Shown: positions 1-7,548, numbered from the stretch's first letter. The stretch: 39,203 nucleotides of DNA from an uncultured Candidatus Saccharibacteria bacterium (GCA_964363335.1 CAYIHW010000001.1:1-39203), one strand, 5' to 3'. Notes: generated by a model from the letters alone, not told the origin. Translations and numbers: made by a program.

Positions 1-65
1 TCTCGTCGACCCCTTATTGTCATATATTTAAAAGGCTTCGTATAACATTAGATAAAAAAGAACTT

Positions 66-95
66 GGATTTTTTGTCCATGCTCTTATTTTTTTG
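66..95. repeat. Left copy of a perfect 30-bp inverted repeat flanking the LD-carboxypeptidase gene
   Basis: GGATTTTTTGTCCATGCTCTTATTTTTTTG is the exact reverse complement of 1158-1187. It sits in a stem-loop plus T-run context. Confidence 0.9.
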
Positions 96-109
96 CTTGA
101 ATGGTGACT

Positions 110-1105
110 TTAGTGTTTGGCTATGTTTATTTGGGAATTCTGAAAATCCCCTTTAATCTGAATTTCTCCGCCAATTGGAAGGGTGATTTTGGGATCGGTG
201 TGACCAAAATCCACATTGGCAATTATGGGCATATTAGCCAGTTCTTTTTTTGATTTTATGATTTGTTTTATCTTTTCGTTCGTAATTTGGCTGGCTTTTT
301 GAAACCTCCCAATGACCAAGCCTTGGACTTTTTCAAAATTTGGTTGCTGAATTAAGGATTGAAGATTGCGGTCAAATTCCATAGCGGAATTTTCTTTTGG
401 CAAGTCATCGTCTTCCAAAAATAAAATACTGTCGTTCAAGTCTGGAAAAAATTCCGTCCCTTGCAGTAGGCTAAAAGTGCAAAGGTTGCCACCCAAGATT
501 ATTCCGTCAGCTTCGCCTTCGTTTACTACCATCCAGCCTTCATTAGGGATGAGGGTACGATTGTTTTGATCTTTAAACCACAAATCATCACTCCAGCTTT
601 TGCTGGGTTTAATTTCAAACGATTCGTCAGAAAATAGACATTTCTTACAGAAATCCGAAGTATAGTCAAAGTGCTTTTCTTGTCCAAAAGTAGAATAATG
701 CGGGCCGTAGTAGCTTATTAACCCTGTCTTGACGTAAACAGCATTATTCAAGATTGTAATATCCGAATAGCCGCAAAGTATTTTTGGGTTATTTTTAACC
801 AGTTGCCAATCAATATATTTTAATAGTTGGTTGGAATTATACCCGCCAATTACCGTAAAGATTGCCTTAACGTTTTTGTCCGCAAACGCTTCATGCAAGT
901 CCTCAATGCGTGATTCTATGCTGGAAGAATTAAACTCGTCTTTTTCTTCAACATGTTTGCCAAAGCTTATCTTTAGCCCCAATTCTTTTAATCGGCGGTT
1001 GGCAGTTTCCCTCAAATTGTTGGAAATAATCCCCAGTGACCTTGCCGGGGCAATAATCCTGACTTCATCCCCAGCCTTAAGTTTTTCCGGATATATTTTA
1101 CTCAT
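110..1105 (-). CDS. LD-carboxypeptidase / MccF-like serine peptidase (S66 family)
   Basis: 331-aa ORF with GDEVRIIAPA near the N-terminus, a GYSDIT nucleophile-type motif and a C-terminal DFGHT motif, all typical of the S66 family. Confidence 0.8.
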   Translation of the reverse strand: MSKIYPEKLKAGDEVRIIAPARSLGIISNNLRETANRRLKELGLKISFGKHVEEKDEFNSSSIESRIEDLHEAFADKNVKAIFTVIGGYNSNQLLKYIDWQLVKNNPKILCGYSDITILNNAVYVKTGLISYYGPHYSTFGQEKHFDYTSDFCKKCLFSDESFEIKPSKSWSDDLWFKDQNNRTLIPNEGWMVVNEGEADGIILGGNLCTFSLLQGTEFFPDLNDSILFLEDDDLPKENSAMEFDRNLQSLIQQPNFEKVQGLVIGRFQKASQITNEKIKQIIKSKKELANMPIIANVDFGHTDPKITLPIGGEIQIKGDFQNSQINIAKH

Positions 1106-1157
1106 GAGATTCTTTTAAAATTACAATCTTATTTTAGCATGTTTTTACTGAACACAA

Positions 1158-1187
1158 CAAAAAAATAAGAGCATGGACAAAAAATCC
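1158..1187. repeat. Right copy of the perfect 30-bp inverted repeat
   Basis: CAAAAAAATAAGAGCATGGACAAAAAATCC is the reverse complement of 66-95. It is embedded in the hairpin AATAAGAGC...GCTCTTATTTT, downstream of tRNA-Gln on the minus strand. Confidence 0.9.
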
Positions 1188-1276
1188 GCGCTCTTATTTT
1201 CTATAGTAGTCCTTTTCTTTTTACCTGATTAGAAACTTTGGTTCAGGGTTGGTAGGTCTGTAGGAACCAAAATTGA

Positions 1277-1350
1277 TGGCTGGGGCGGTAGGGATCGAAC
1301 CTACGATGGAGGATTCAGAGTCCTCTGCCTTACCGCTTGGCTACGCCCCA
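1277..1350 (-). tRNA. tRNA-Gln (anticodon CUG), CCA encoded
   Basis: The reverse complement folds as a cloverleaf: acceptor TGGGGCG/CGCCCCA, anticodon stem GAGGA/TCCTC with loop CTCTGAA, T arm GTAGG-TTCGATC-CCTAC, discriminator G plus CCA. Confidence 0.9.
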
Positions 1351-1419
1351 ATAATGTAATCCCGATTAGTTTATCAGTTTTTAAGGGTCTTTTCAAGTTT
1401 GATGGTATAATTACGTAGT

Positions 1420-1995
1420 ATGAAAAGAATCTGGAAAATTTATAAAGGGATTGCTATTGCGGCTTTTAGTCTAATTTTGTTGGATTTGGTCGTGGTGCTA
1501 TTTTTTGGTTTTTACCGCCCGCAAATAAAACCGGCAGACGCGATTGTAGTACTTGGCGCGGCAATTAACACACCGGCTCTATATAACAGAAGTTTGCAGG
1601 GTTTAAAATTGTATCAGGAAGGGGATGCAAAAATTATGGTACTATCCGGCGGACGAATTTCCGACAAAGATATTTCCGAGGCCGGCTATATGCGCAAAGT
1701 TATAGAGAGCAACAGCAAACAACCGGTGCCCTTAATTTTGGAAGAAGAATCTCATTCCACTTATGAAAATTTAAAAAATACTAAAGCCAAAATCGGTTCC
1801 GAAAAAAGTTTGGTAATCGTTAGCGACCAATACCATTTGGCCAGAGCGGTAATAATGGCTAAACGGGAAGGGTTTGGGCCCGTGTATTGGAGTTCGCCAG
1901 AGGCAAAATATTACAAAAATTCCGAATTGGCTTTTTACTATTTGCGCGAATTAGTAGCAATGTTTGCTTATTTGCCTAAGTTTGTGTTTGGTTAA
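1420..1995 (+). CDS. DUF218 / YdcF-SanA family protein with an N-terminal TM helix
   Basis: 191 aa. Motifs VVLGAA, VLSGG, ESHSTYEN and VSDQYHLARA are typical of DUF218 proteins. Confidence 0.75.
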   Translation: MKRIWKIYKGIAIAAFSLILLDLVVVLFFGFYRPQIKPADAIVVLGAAINTPALYNRSLQGLKLYQEGDAKIMVLSGGRISDKDISEAGYMRKVIESNSKQPVPLILEEESHSTYENLKNTKAKIGSEKSLVIVSDQYHLARAVIMAKREGFGPVYWSSPEAKYYKNSELAFYYLRELVAMFAYLPKFVFG

Positions 1996-2004
1996 CACGG
2001 ATAT

Positions 2005-2100
2005 ACAGATTTGATGCTGATCTACAGATATCTACCGATCCAAAGCAGTTGGTATCCGTAGACATCCAATGATCCGTGTTCTCATCCGTAAATCCGTGTT
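2005..2100. repeat. Imperfect palindromic repeat cluster downstream of the DUF218 gene
   Basis: AACACGGAT at 2005 pairs with ATCCGTGTT at 2070 and 2092. A central palindrome is CTACCGATCCAAAGCAGTTGGTATCCGTAG. Confidence 0.6.
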
Positions 2101-2125
2101 AATTTTATCAATTAATTTTATCAAT

Positions 2126-2154
2126 TTGACGAATTTGTAGGGGTTTGGTATAAT
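2126..2154 (+). promoter_or_regulatory. Sigma70-type promoter of the rplJL operon
   Basis: TTGACG at 2126-2131, a 17-nt spacer, and TATAAT at 2149-2154. Confidence 0.65.
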
Positions 2155-2278
2155 ATCAGAAGTTATATATCCAAAGACAGTTGGCGATCGAAAGATCTTA
2201 AATCCGCGTTACGCGGAAAAGCCCACCGAGGAACACTTACTAGCTTATAGTTATTTGCTATTAGCTTATAGGAGACCA

Positions 2279-2304
2279 CTCGGGAAGACCCGAGTTTTTG
2301 TTTT
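2279..2304 (+). terminator. Intrinsic terminator/attenuator inside the rplJ leader
   Basis: CTCGGG-AAGA-CCCGAG followed by TTTTTGTTTT. Confidence 0.6.
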
Positions 2305-2338
2305 ATAAGAGGATATTTTAACGACAATTAAAGGTCGG

Positions 2339-2367
2339 CACTATAATACTATATCGTAATATAGTTA
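2339..2367 (+). promoter_or_regulatory. Copy 1 of a 29-nt TATAAT-plus-palindrome motif, 18 nt before the rplJ ATG
   Basis: CACTATAATACTATATCGTAATATAGTTA. It contains ACTATA-N6-TATAGT. Copy 2 is at 16969 and copy 3 at 17495. Confidence 0.6.
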
Positions 2368-2384
2368 AGAAAGATTGTTATATT

Positions 2385-2906
2385 ATGGCTAAATCAAAAT
2401 CACAAAAAGAGAAAGACTTAACCGAGTTAACGGAAAAGTTTAAAGGCGCCAAGTCGATTGTGGTTACCGCTTACAGAGGCACAACCGTAAAAGATATGGA
2501 CACCTTTAGAAATACTTTGCGCAAAGAACAAGTCTTTTCCAAAGTTTACAAAATTCCTTTGGTGAAAAAAGCTATGGAAGCCAGCGGTATTGTTGCTGAA
2601 ACCGTAGACTACAAAGAACCGGTAATTTTGTCTATCTCTAATGAAGACGAAACTGTCGCCGCTAGAGTTATTAAAGCTTTGGGCAACAGTATAAAAACTT
2701 TTGTCATTTTGGAAGGCGTTGTTGAAGGCAAAATGCTGACTAAGGCGGAAATTATCGCTCTGGCCGACCTACCAAGCAAAGACCAGTTGCGTGCTCAGTT
2801 TATGTCAGTGTTGAACGGCCCGGTATCCGCTTTTGCCAGAGTGTTAAAAGCTCGCGCAGAAAAAATCGGGGAAGCAGTCAGCGAACCAGTTGTGGTCGCT
2901 GCTTAA
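2385..2906 (+). CDS. rplJ: 50S ribosomal protein L10
   Basis: 173 aa, sitting immediately upstream of rplL. The L10-like N-terminus (LTEKFKGAKSIVVTAYRGTTV) and C-terminal helix region fit the family. Confidence 0.9.
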   Translation: MAKSKSQKEKDLTELTEKFKGAKSIVVTAYRGTTVKDMDTFRNTLRKEQVFSKVYKIPLVKKAMEASGIVAETVDYKEPVILSISNEDETVAARVIKALGNSIKTFVILEGVVEGKMLTKAEIIALADLPSKDQLRAQFMSVLNGPVSAFARVLKARAEKIGEAVSEPVVVAA

Positions 2907-2974
2907 AATTTATATTTAATAAGAATTAAGCCCGCCAAAGGCGGGTCCGCCTCTGGCGGAAAAGGTAATATTTT

Positions 2975-3376
2975 ATGTCAGAAGAGACAAAGACTACCGT
3001 AGTTCCCGAAAAGTTTAAAGCTATCGTGGAAGCGGTTGAAAAACTTACAGCCATTGAGCTGTCTGAGCTTGTAAAAGTTTTAGAAGAAAAATTTGGAGTT
3101 AGTGCCGCCGCTCCTATGATGATGGGAGCTGCCGCCGGAGCCGGTGTCGCCGCTGCGGAAGAAAAGACTGAATTCACCGTAGAATTAGCCGAAGCCGGCC
3201 CAAACAAAATCAATGTCATTAAAGTTGTCCGTGAAGTCACTGGCTTGGGCTTGAAAGAAGCCAAAGACATTGTGGATGCCGCGCCGAAAGCTGTAAAAGA
3301 AAACTTGCCAAAAGCCGACGCCGAAGCTTTAAAAAAGAAGCTAGAAGAGGCTGGCGCGAAAGTGAATTTGAAATAA
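2975..3376 (+). CDS. rplL: 50S ribosomal protein L7/L12
   Basis: 133 aa. Ala-rich hinge ([20 protein letters not shown]) and conserved C-terminal domain ([24 protein letters not shown]...LEEAGAKV). Confidence 0.95.
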   Translation: MSEETKTTVVPEKFKAIVEAVEKLTAIELSELVKVLEEKFGVSAAAPMMMGAAAGAGVAAAEEKTEFTVELAEAGPNKINVIKVVREVTGLGLKEAKDIVDAAPKAVKENLPKADAEALKKKLEEAGAKVNLK

Positions 3377-3388
3377 TTTTTTAGTTTA

Positions 3389-3421
3389 AAAAACCGCCCC
3401 CGTTGCATGGGGGCGGTTTTT
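3389..3421 (+). terminator. Intrinsic terminator after rplL
   Basis: AAAAACCGCCCCC-GTTGCAT-GGGGGCGGTTTTT. Confidence 0.85.
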
Positions 3422-3438
3422 GATTTAAACTACTTAGG

Positions 3439-4596
3439 ATGTCTAATTTTTGGAAAAAACTGAACAAGCCCATCTTTGCCCTCGCGCCCATGGAAGAGGT
3501 GACGGACGTGGCTTTTAGGGAAATGTTCGCGAGGTATAGCAAAAGTCGGAGTATCGGAAAGTCGGAGTATCGGAACAGTCAGGCTTCCGAATTTTCCGAC
3601 ACATCCGATTCTCCGAACTCTGACTTCGTTATGTACACCGAGTTTGTTAACGTGGACGGTTTGACGCACCCTGAGGGTCGGAAAAAACTGGAAATAGATT
3701 TAAAGTTTACTCCGGAACAAAAACCAATAGTGGCGCAAATTTGGGGCACAAATCCGGAAAAATTTTACGAGGCAGCCAAAATTTGCGTTGAGCTTGGTTT
3801 TGACGGGATAGATATAAACATGGGTTGCCCGCAGGACAAAGAAATCGGTCTTGGCGCTTGCGCCGCGCTTATTCGCGAGCCACGCTTAGCAAAACAAATA
3901 ATTGATGCGGTAAAAAAAGCAGTCGGAAAATTACCAGTGTCGGTAAAAACCAGAATTGGCTACAGCAAAAAAGAAGAACTGGAAGAGTGGGTAAAACATT
4001 TGCTAAGCACAGAGGTTGCGGTAATTGCCGTGCACGGCAGAACCAAGCAGGAAAAATCCAAAGTACCGGCAGATTGGACTGCGATTGCCCGGGCGGTTAG
4101 AATTAGAGACGAAATGTATCCGATAAGCCCTCACCCTTCACCCTCTCCCGAACCTCATCCGGCCTCTGTCCACCTTCCCCCAGAGGGGGAAGGTAAAATA
4201 GAATTGGCTATGGGGAGAGGGAAGAATGTTGGCCTGCGGCCGCTAATTCTTGGCAATGGCGACATAAAATCCTACGCGGAAGGCTTAGACAGAGCCGCTC
4301 AAACAAATGTGGATGGTGTTATGGTTGGGCGGGGAGCTTTTGGCAACCCGTGGTTTTTTAGAGGCGATGGGTATCAACCCGCATTAAAAGAGCGCTTAGC
4401 CGTAATGTTAGAACACGCAAGATTATTTAGCGAGTGGTTACCGCAAAAAAGTTTTGTCATTATGCGCAAACATTTTAAAGCTTATGTTTCCGGTTTCCCC
4501 GGCTCGCATGAATTGCGGACAAAATTAATGGAAGCTAAAAGTCTGGAAGAAACGGAAAAAATTATAAACGAATTTTTACAAAATCAATCATTTTAA
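3439..4596 (+). CDS. dus: tRNA-dihydrouridine synthase with two in-frame insertions
   Basis: 385 aa. Dus motifs FALAPMEEVTD, DINMGCP, VHGRT and NGDI are present. Two low-complexity segments interrupt conserved blocks. Confidence 0.85.
   Translation: MSNFWKKLNKPIFALAPMEEVTDVAFREMFARYSKSRSIGKSEYRNSQASEFSDTSDSPNSDFVMYTEFVNVDGLTHPEGRKKLEIDLKFTPEQKPIVAQIWGTNPEKFYEAAKICVELGFDGIDINMGCPQDKEIGLGACAALIREPRLAKQIIDAVKKAVGKLPVSVKTRIGYSKKEELEEWVKHLLSTEVAVIAVHGRTKQEKSKVPADWTAIARAVRIRDEMYPISPHPSPSPEPHPASVHLPPEGEGKIELAMGRGKNVGLRPLILGNGDIKSYAEGLDRAAQTNVDGVMVGRGAFGNPWFFRGDGYQPALKERLAVMLEHARLFSEWLPQKSFVIMRKHFKAYVSGFPGSHELRTKLMEAKSLEETEKIINEFLQNQSF
3544..3625. repeat. Palindromic/tandem element inside dus (insertion 1)
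   Basis: AGTCGGAGTATCGGAA occurs twice in tandem (3544-3575). An inverted, degenerate copy (TTCCGATTCTCCGAACTCTGACT) ends at 3625. Translated as SRSIGKSEYRNSQASEFSDTSDSPNSDF. Confidence 0.7.
4126..4235. repeat. Nested palindromic element inside dus (insertion 2)
   Basis: CCTTCCCCC-AGA-GGGGGAAGG (4173-4193) is nested inside CCCTCTCCC (4141-4149) / GGGAGAGGG (4213-4221). Translated as SPHPSPSPEPHPASVHLPPEGEGK...GRGK. Confidence 0.75.
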
Positions 4597-4634
4597 AAAA
4601 TTCGCTTTTTGTAAAAAAGGACGAGGGATAAAAA

Positions 4635-5204
4635 TTATTCAATTTTTTTAAAAGTGTAAATTTTAAGGCTGGTTAGGGGGATTTGGTAGATTTTTTCTAT
4701 AAAGTCGCGGGAAGATTCAAAGTGCGCATTTTTCCAGTCCAGCTCAATGGCTCTGGCCGCGTCTTTAATTAAAGTTTCCGAAGGCCCTTCAATTTCCAGG
4801 TATGGAGGGACCATTGGATGTTCGTCTATGGCAAACTCCACACCGTCCCATAAAAATACCCGGCGTTTTTTTTCCTGAACGCGGAAAGCTACCAGCCCCA
4901 AAGCCTCCAGTAATGACTTAGTTTTGGCCAAATCGTCAACGGTCATTTCAATTTCTTCGGTGCCATTGGGGAAGTCGGAGGTGGTATGCTTATAGGTTAA
5001 TAATTGTTTGGTAGGAGTTTTGCGCAGGCGAACCACTTTTTTTTCGCCCAGCCATTTTTTGTCGGCATCATAAAAAATAGTTTCTTCCAGGAGTTCTTCA
5101 CCTAAATCTTTCGCGCCCATCAACAATAATTTTTTTACGGTTTCCGTTACATCTATCTCCAAAAAACGCACTTCAATTTCTCGGTTATTTATTCCCGCGT
5201 TCAT
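4635..5204 (-). CDS. CYTH-domain protein (CyaB-type class IV adenylate cyclase / triphosphate tunnel metalloenzyme family)
   Basis: 189 aa. N-terminal EIEVRF (ExExK-like) motif, basic residues on alternating strands, and C-terminal YLEIEG, as in CYTH proteins. Confidence 0.65.
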   Translation of the reverse strand: MNAGINNREIEVRFLEIDVTETVKKLLLMGAKDLGEELLEETIFYDADKKWLGEKKVVRLRKTPTKQLLTYKHTTSDFPNGTEEIEMTVDDLAKTKSLLEALGLVAFRVQEKKRRVFLWDGVEFAIDEHPMVPPYLEIEGPSETLIKDAARAIELDWKNAHFESSRDFIEKIYQIPLTSLKIYTFKKIE

Positions 5205-5206
5205 TT

Positions 5207-7258
5207 TTAAGGTAATTTAATTTTTAATAGGCTGGCGTCGTTTAGTAAAAATAGTTCTTTGTTTTTCTCATTAACATAGAAATCAACGGGTTTGGTAAAA
5301 GCAGAAGATCGCAGAGTTTGGATAAGGCTGGCTTTTTTGTCGTAAATTAATATTCGTTTGCTGCCGGAATCTAAAATATAAATGTACTTAAAGTCTTTTT
5401 CCGAATAAATTTTACCGCTTCCCGAAAGGGGCGTGGTAAGTGGGGGAAACGCAAAGTTGGCGAGTTTGCCGTTCTGAAACTTAGTGACGCCGGTTTTGCT
5501 TAATACATAAATCGCGCCATCTATGGAAATATCCACGGCCTCGCTTAACGATTGGTCGCGTACCGCCACTACGGGCTTGCTAAAAGACTGCCCGCCGGAA
5601 AGAAAGCTAATTATGCTGGCGGATTTTTTATCGACTAAATACACTCTTTTATTGGTTGGGTAATAAGCCAGACCGCCGAAAGAACTTTTATCCGGAACGT
5701 TTTGGGAAAAAATATTGCCGGTTTTGCCGGAACTGTAATCCCATAATAAAATTGAGCCGCCTTCGTAAATTGCGGCCGTGGTCTTGTCGGTAAAAATTGA
5801 AGAAACGGCTGTTGGTTCGAGTTTTAAAAAGCTATCTTCAATTTTTCCATTTTGCCGGTTGTAACTAATGATTTGACCATTGACTTGCACGGCAAAGTAG
5901 CCGGGAAGTTTTATTAACGCGTTTGCCTGGCCCAATGACCCCAAATTTTCTGTTTCGGTTTGGGTGATTTTTTCCATTTGCTGTTGGGTTTCCGCCAGCT
6001 GGGCGGCGACGGTTTGGTATAGCCCTTTATTGGAGGAATCTACTTTGTCTTCCGCCGGCATTTTAGCTACGGCTTGTTTTAAGAAGTTTGCGGCTTTAGC
6101 ATCGTCTTTATAAAGCAGCGACGATTGGGAACTGGACAGTAGAGACTGAGTATCTTTTAGTGCGGCGGAAATTTGAGCGGCTATCGCGCGGGTTTTTTTA
6201 ACGCGCAAGGCAATGCTAATGTTGGCAATTACCGCGATGAGTAAAATAATAATAGATGCCAAGAGGAATTTTTTTACCGGGCTAAAAGCTTTAATGTTTT
6301 CCATTTTTACGGATGAACCGGCTTTTTTAATAGATGAACCGGCTTTTTGCGCGGATTGGCCGGCGGTTTTTAACCAGTCTTTGCTATTTTGGAAGAAATT
6401 TTTAGTTCCATTGGGCAAATTTTGCAGCCGTTGTTTAAAGGAAATTTTTGGCAAATTAATTTTTGGCGTTCGGTTAACCGATTTATCCAGAGCAAAAATG
6501 CTTTTTATGTACGCCAGGGTTTTGCCAAAAAAACTTACGCCGCCCGGAGTTTCCACAATATAATTTTCCAAATCCACTTCTTCTTCCGTGGCTTGGCCGG
6601 GCTCGACTTGCAAATTTAACAGGACGCCAAAACTGGTTTGGGGGTCGGCATTGTCTTTTAATAGCGCGATTATGGTTTGGGTAGCGGTTAAAAATGGGGC
6701 ATTGCTGACAATAGTTTGCAGTCGATCCATGGACAAATGGTTAAACAGCTGGGTGGTGGAAAGAATAACTAAATCGCCCAAGCGAATTTTTCCTGCGGCA
6801 AAAGTTTCAAAGGTCTTTAAGGGATGGCTTTGTTCGGGAGAACAGGAAATGTCCGTGTATTCTTTATTGCGCAATAAAAACGCGGAGACTTTGCCACAAC
6901 TGGCAATGCTAAAATTCCGGCCATCTTTTACTCCCAACACGCAATTAAGTTTGTCTATCCATTGAGTCTGGCCTAACGAGGCCAGTTTGCCCAACTCCTC
7001 GTTTATTTGGCTAATGGCAGTTTCAAAGTTGTCCCCGCCGGTGGGTTTTCTATATGCCCTTTTTAGCGTGGAGGAAATTGCCAGACAAATTCTTTCGCAG
7101 GCTTCTACGGCCGCGGGGTTAAAAAGCGGCAGTTCGACAACAACATAGAGCTCCGATTGGCCAAAATCGGCTTTTTCGGCCATAGTATAAACGTAAGTGC
7201 TGGAGGCCTTGGTGTTTCCAAGTAAAATTTTCGCAATTTGTGATTCTGTTTCTTCCAT
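5207..7258 (-). CDS. Membrane-anchored protein: PP2C-like (probably inactive) N-terminal domain, one TM helix, repeat-rich C-terminal domain
   Basis: 683 aa with a TM segment FLLASIIILLIAVIANISIAL. The N-terminal pattern resembles the PP2C/SpoIIE fold but lacks the GDS-type Asp (ASCGKVSAFLL). The C-terminal half has beta-propeller-like repeats. A stop-to-start gap of 2 nt separates it from the CYTH gene. Confidence 0.5.
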   Translation of the reverse strand: MEETESQIAKILLGNTKASSTYVYTMAEKADFGQSELYVVVELPLFNPAAVEACERICLAISSTLKRAYRKPTGGDNFETAISQINEELGKLASLGQTQWIDKLNCVLGVKDGRNFSIASCGKVSAFLLRNKEYTDISCSPEQSHPLKTFETFAAGKIRLGDLVILSTTQLFNHLSMDRLQTIVSNAPFLTATQTIIALLKDNADPQTSFGVLLNLQVEPGQATEEEVDLENYIVETPGGVSFFGKTLAYIKSIFALDKSVNRTPKINLPKISFKQRLQNLPNGTKNFFQNSKDWLKTAGQSAQKAGSSIKKAGSSVKMENIKAFSPVKKFLLASIIILLIAVIANISIALRVKKTRAIAAQISAALKDTQSLLSSSQSSLLYKDDAKAANFLKQAVAKMPAEDKVDSSNKGLYQTVAAQLAETQQQMEKITQTETENLGSLGQANALIKLPGYFAVQVNGQIISYNRQNGKIEDSFLKLEPTAVSSIFTDKTTAAIYEGGSILLWDYSSGKTGNIFSQNVPDKSSFGGLAYYPTNKRVYLVDKKSASIISFLSGGQSFSKPVVAVRDQSLSEAVDISIDGAIYVLSKTGVTKFQNGKLANFAFPPLTTPLSGSGKIYSEKDFKYIYILDSGSKRILIYDKKASLIQTLRSSAFTKPVDFYVNEKNKELFLLNDASLLKIKLP

Positions 7259-7386
7259 AAGTATTCGCAGAATAAATTAAAAATCCAGACCCGATTTGGT
7301 TTCAGAAATGTTTAATCTTTATCTTATATATTATACAACATTTAACCGAAAATGAAAATATGCTATAATTATAGGGAAATAAATAT

Positions 7387-7548
7387 TAGACTTGTTGCTT
7401 AATAATTTTCCGCCCAAAATATGCTCTTTCGCCAAAACCTTGTTAAAAATTTCTCCGCTTAACTACGGTTAAACATCAAAATTTATAAACTGCGGTTTTG
7501 TCTGAAATATCATATTTTGCTTCGAAAAATTATTAAGCAGCAAGTCTA
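7387..7548 (+). repeat. E1: 162-bp hairpin element (long imperfect palindrome with a conserved apical core)
   Basis: Termini TAGACTTGTTGCTTAATAATTTT / AAAATTATTAAGCAGCAAGTCTA. Core AAAAATTTCTCCGCTTAAC-TACG-GTTAAACATCAAAATTT at 7445-7484. Preceded by TATAATTATAGG at 7364. Confidence 0.9.

Larger units (their letters stand above)
2161..2384 (+). promoter_or_regulatory. rplJ 5' leader, candidate L10(L12)4 autoregulatory leader with an attenuator
   Basis: About 220 nt of untranslated leader. It contains a GATC-GAAA-GATC hairpin, a CCGCG-TTA-CGCGG hairpin (2204-2216), a TAGCTTATAG direct repeat (2241, 2262) and an intrinsic terminator before the ATG. Confidence 0.45.

Noticed and set aside
2926-3408. 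A 160-aa ORF antisense to rplL, plus similar antisense or overlapping ORFs in the track (for example 366-569, 831-1118, 3430-3669, 6213-6965, 13015-13227, 15651-16079, 16184-16651, 18169-18542, 18947-19765, 19772-20347, 20575-22317, 27022-27365, 29197-29463, 30895-31753, 31865-32116, 34181-36856, 38800-39009).
   Set aside because: Each lies wholly inside and opposite to, or out of frame with, a gene that has clear family motifs. Their compositions are low-complexity mirror images of the real genes. They are treated as shadow ORFs.
7455-7477. The apical core GCTTAAC...GTTAAAC matches the integron attC box patterns RYYYAAC and GTTRRRY.
   Set aside because: In attC sites these boxes form the base of the hairpin at the outer ends of the element. 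Here they are 4-5 nt apart at the apex. No integrase or attI is visible in the window, so the match is probably coincidental.
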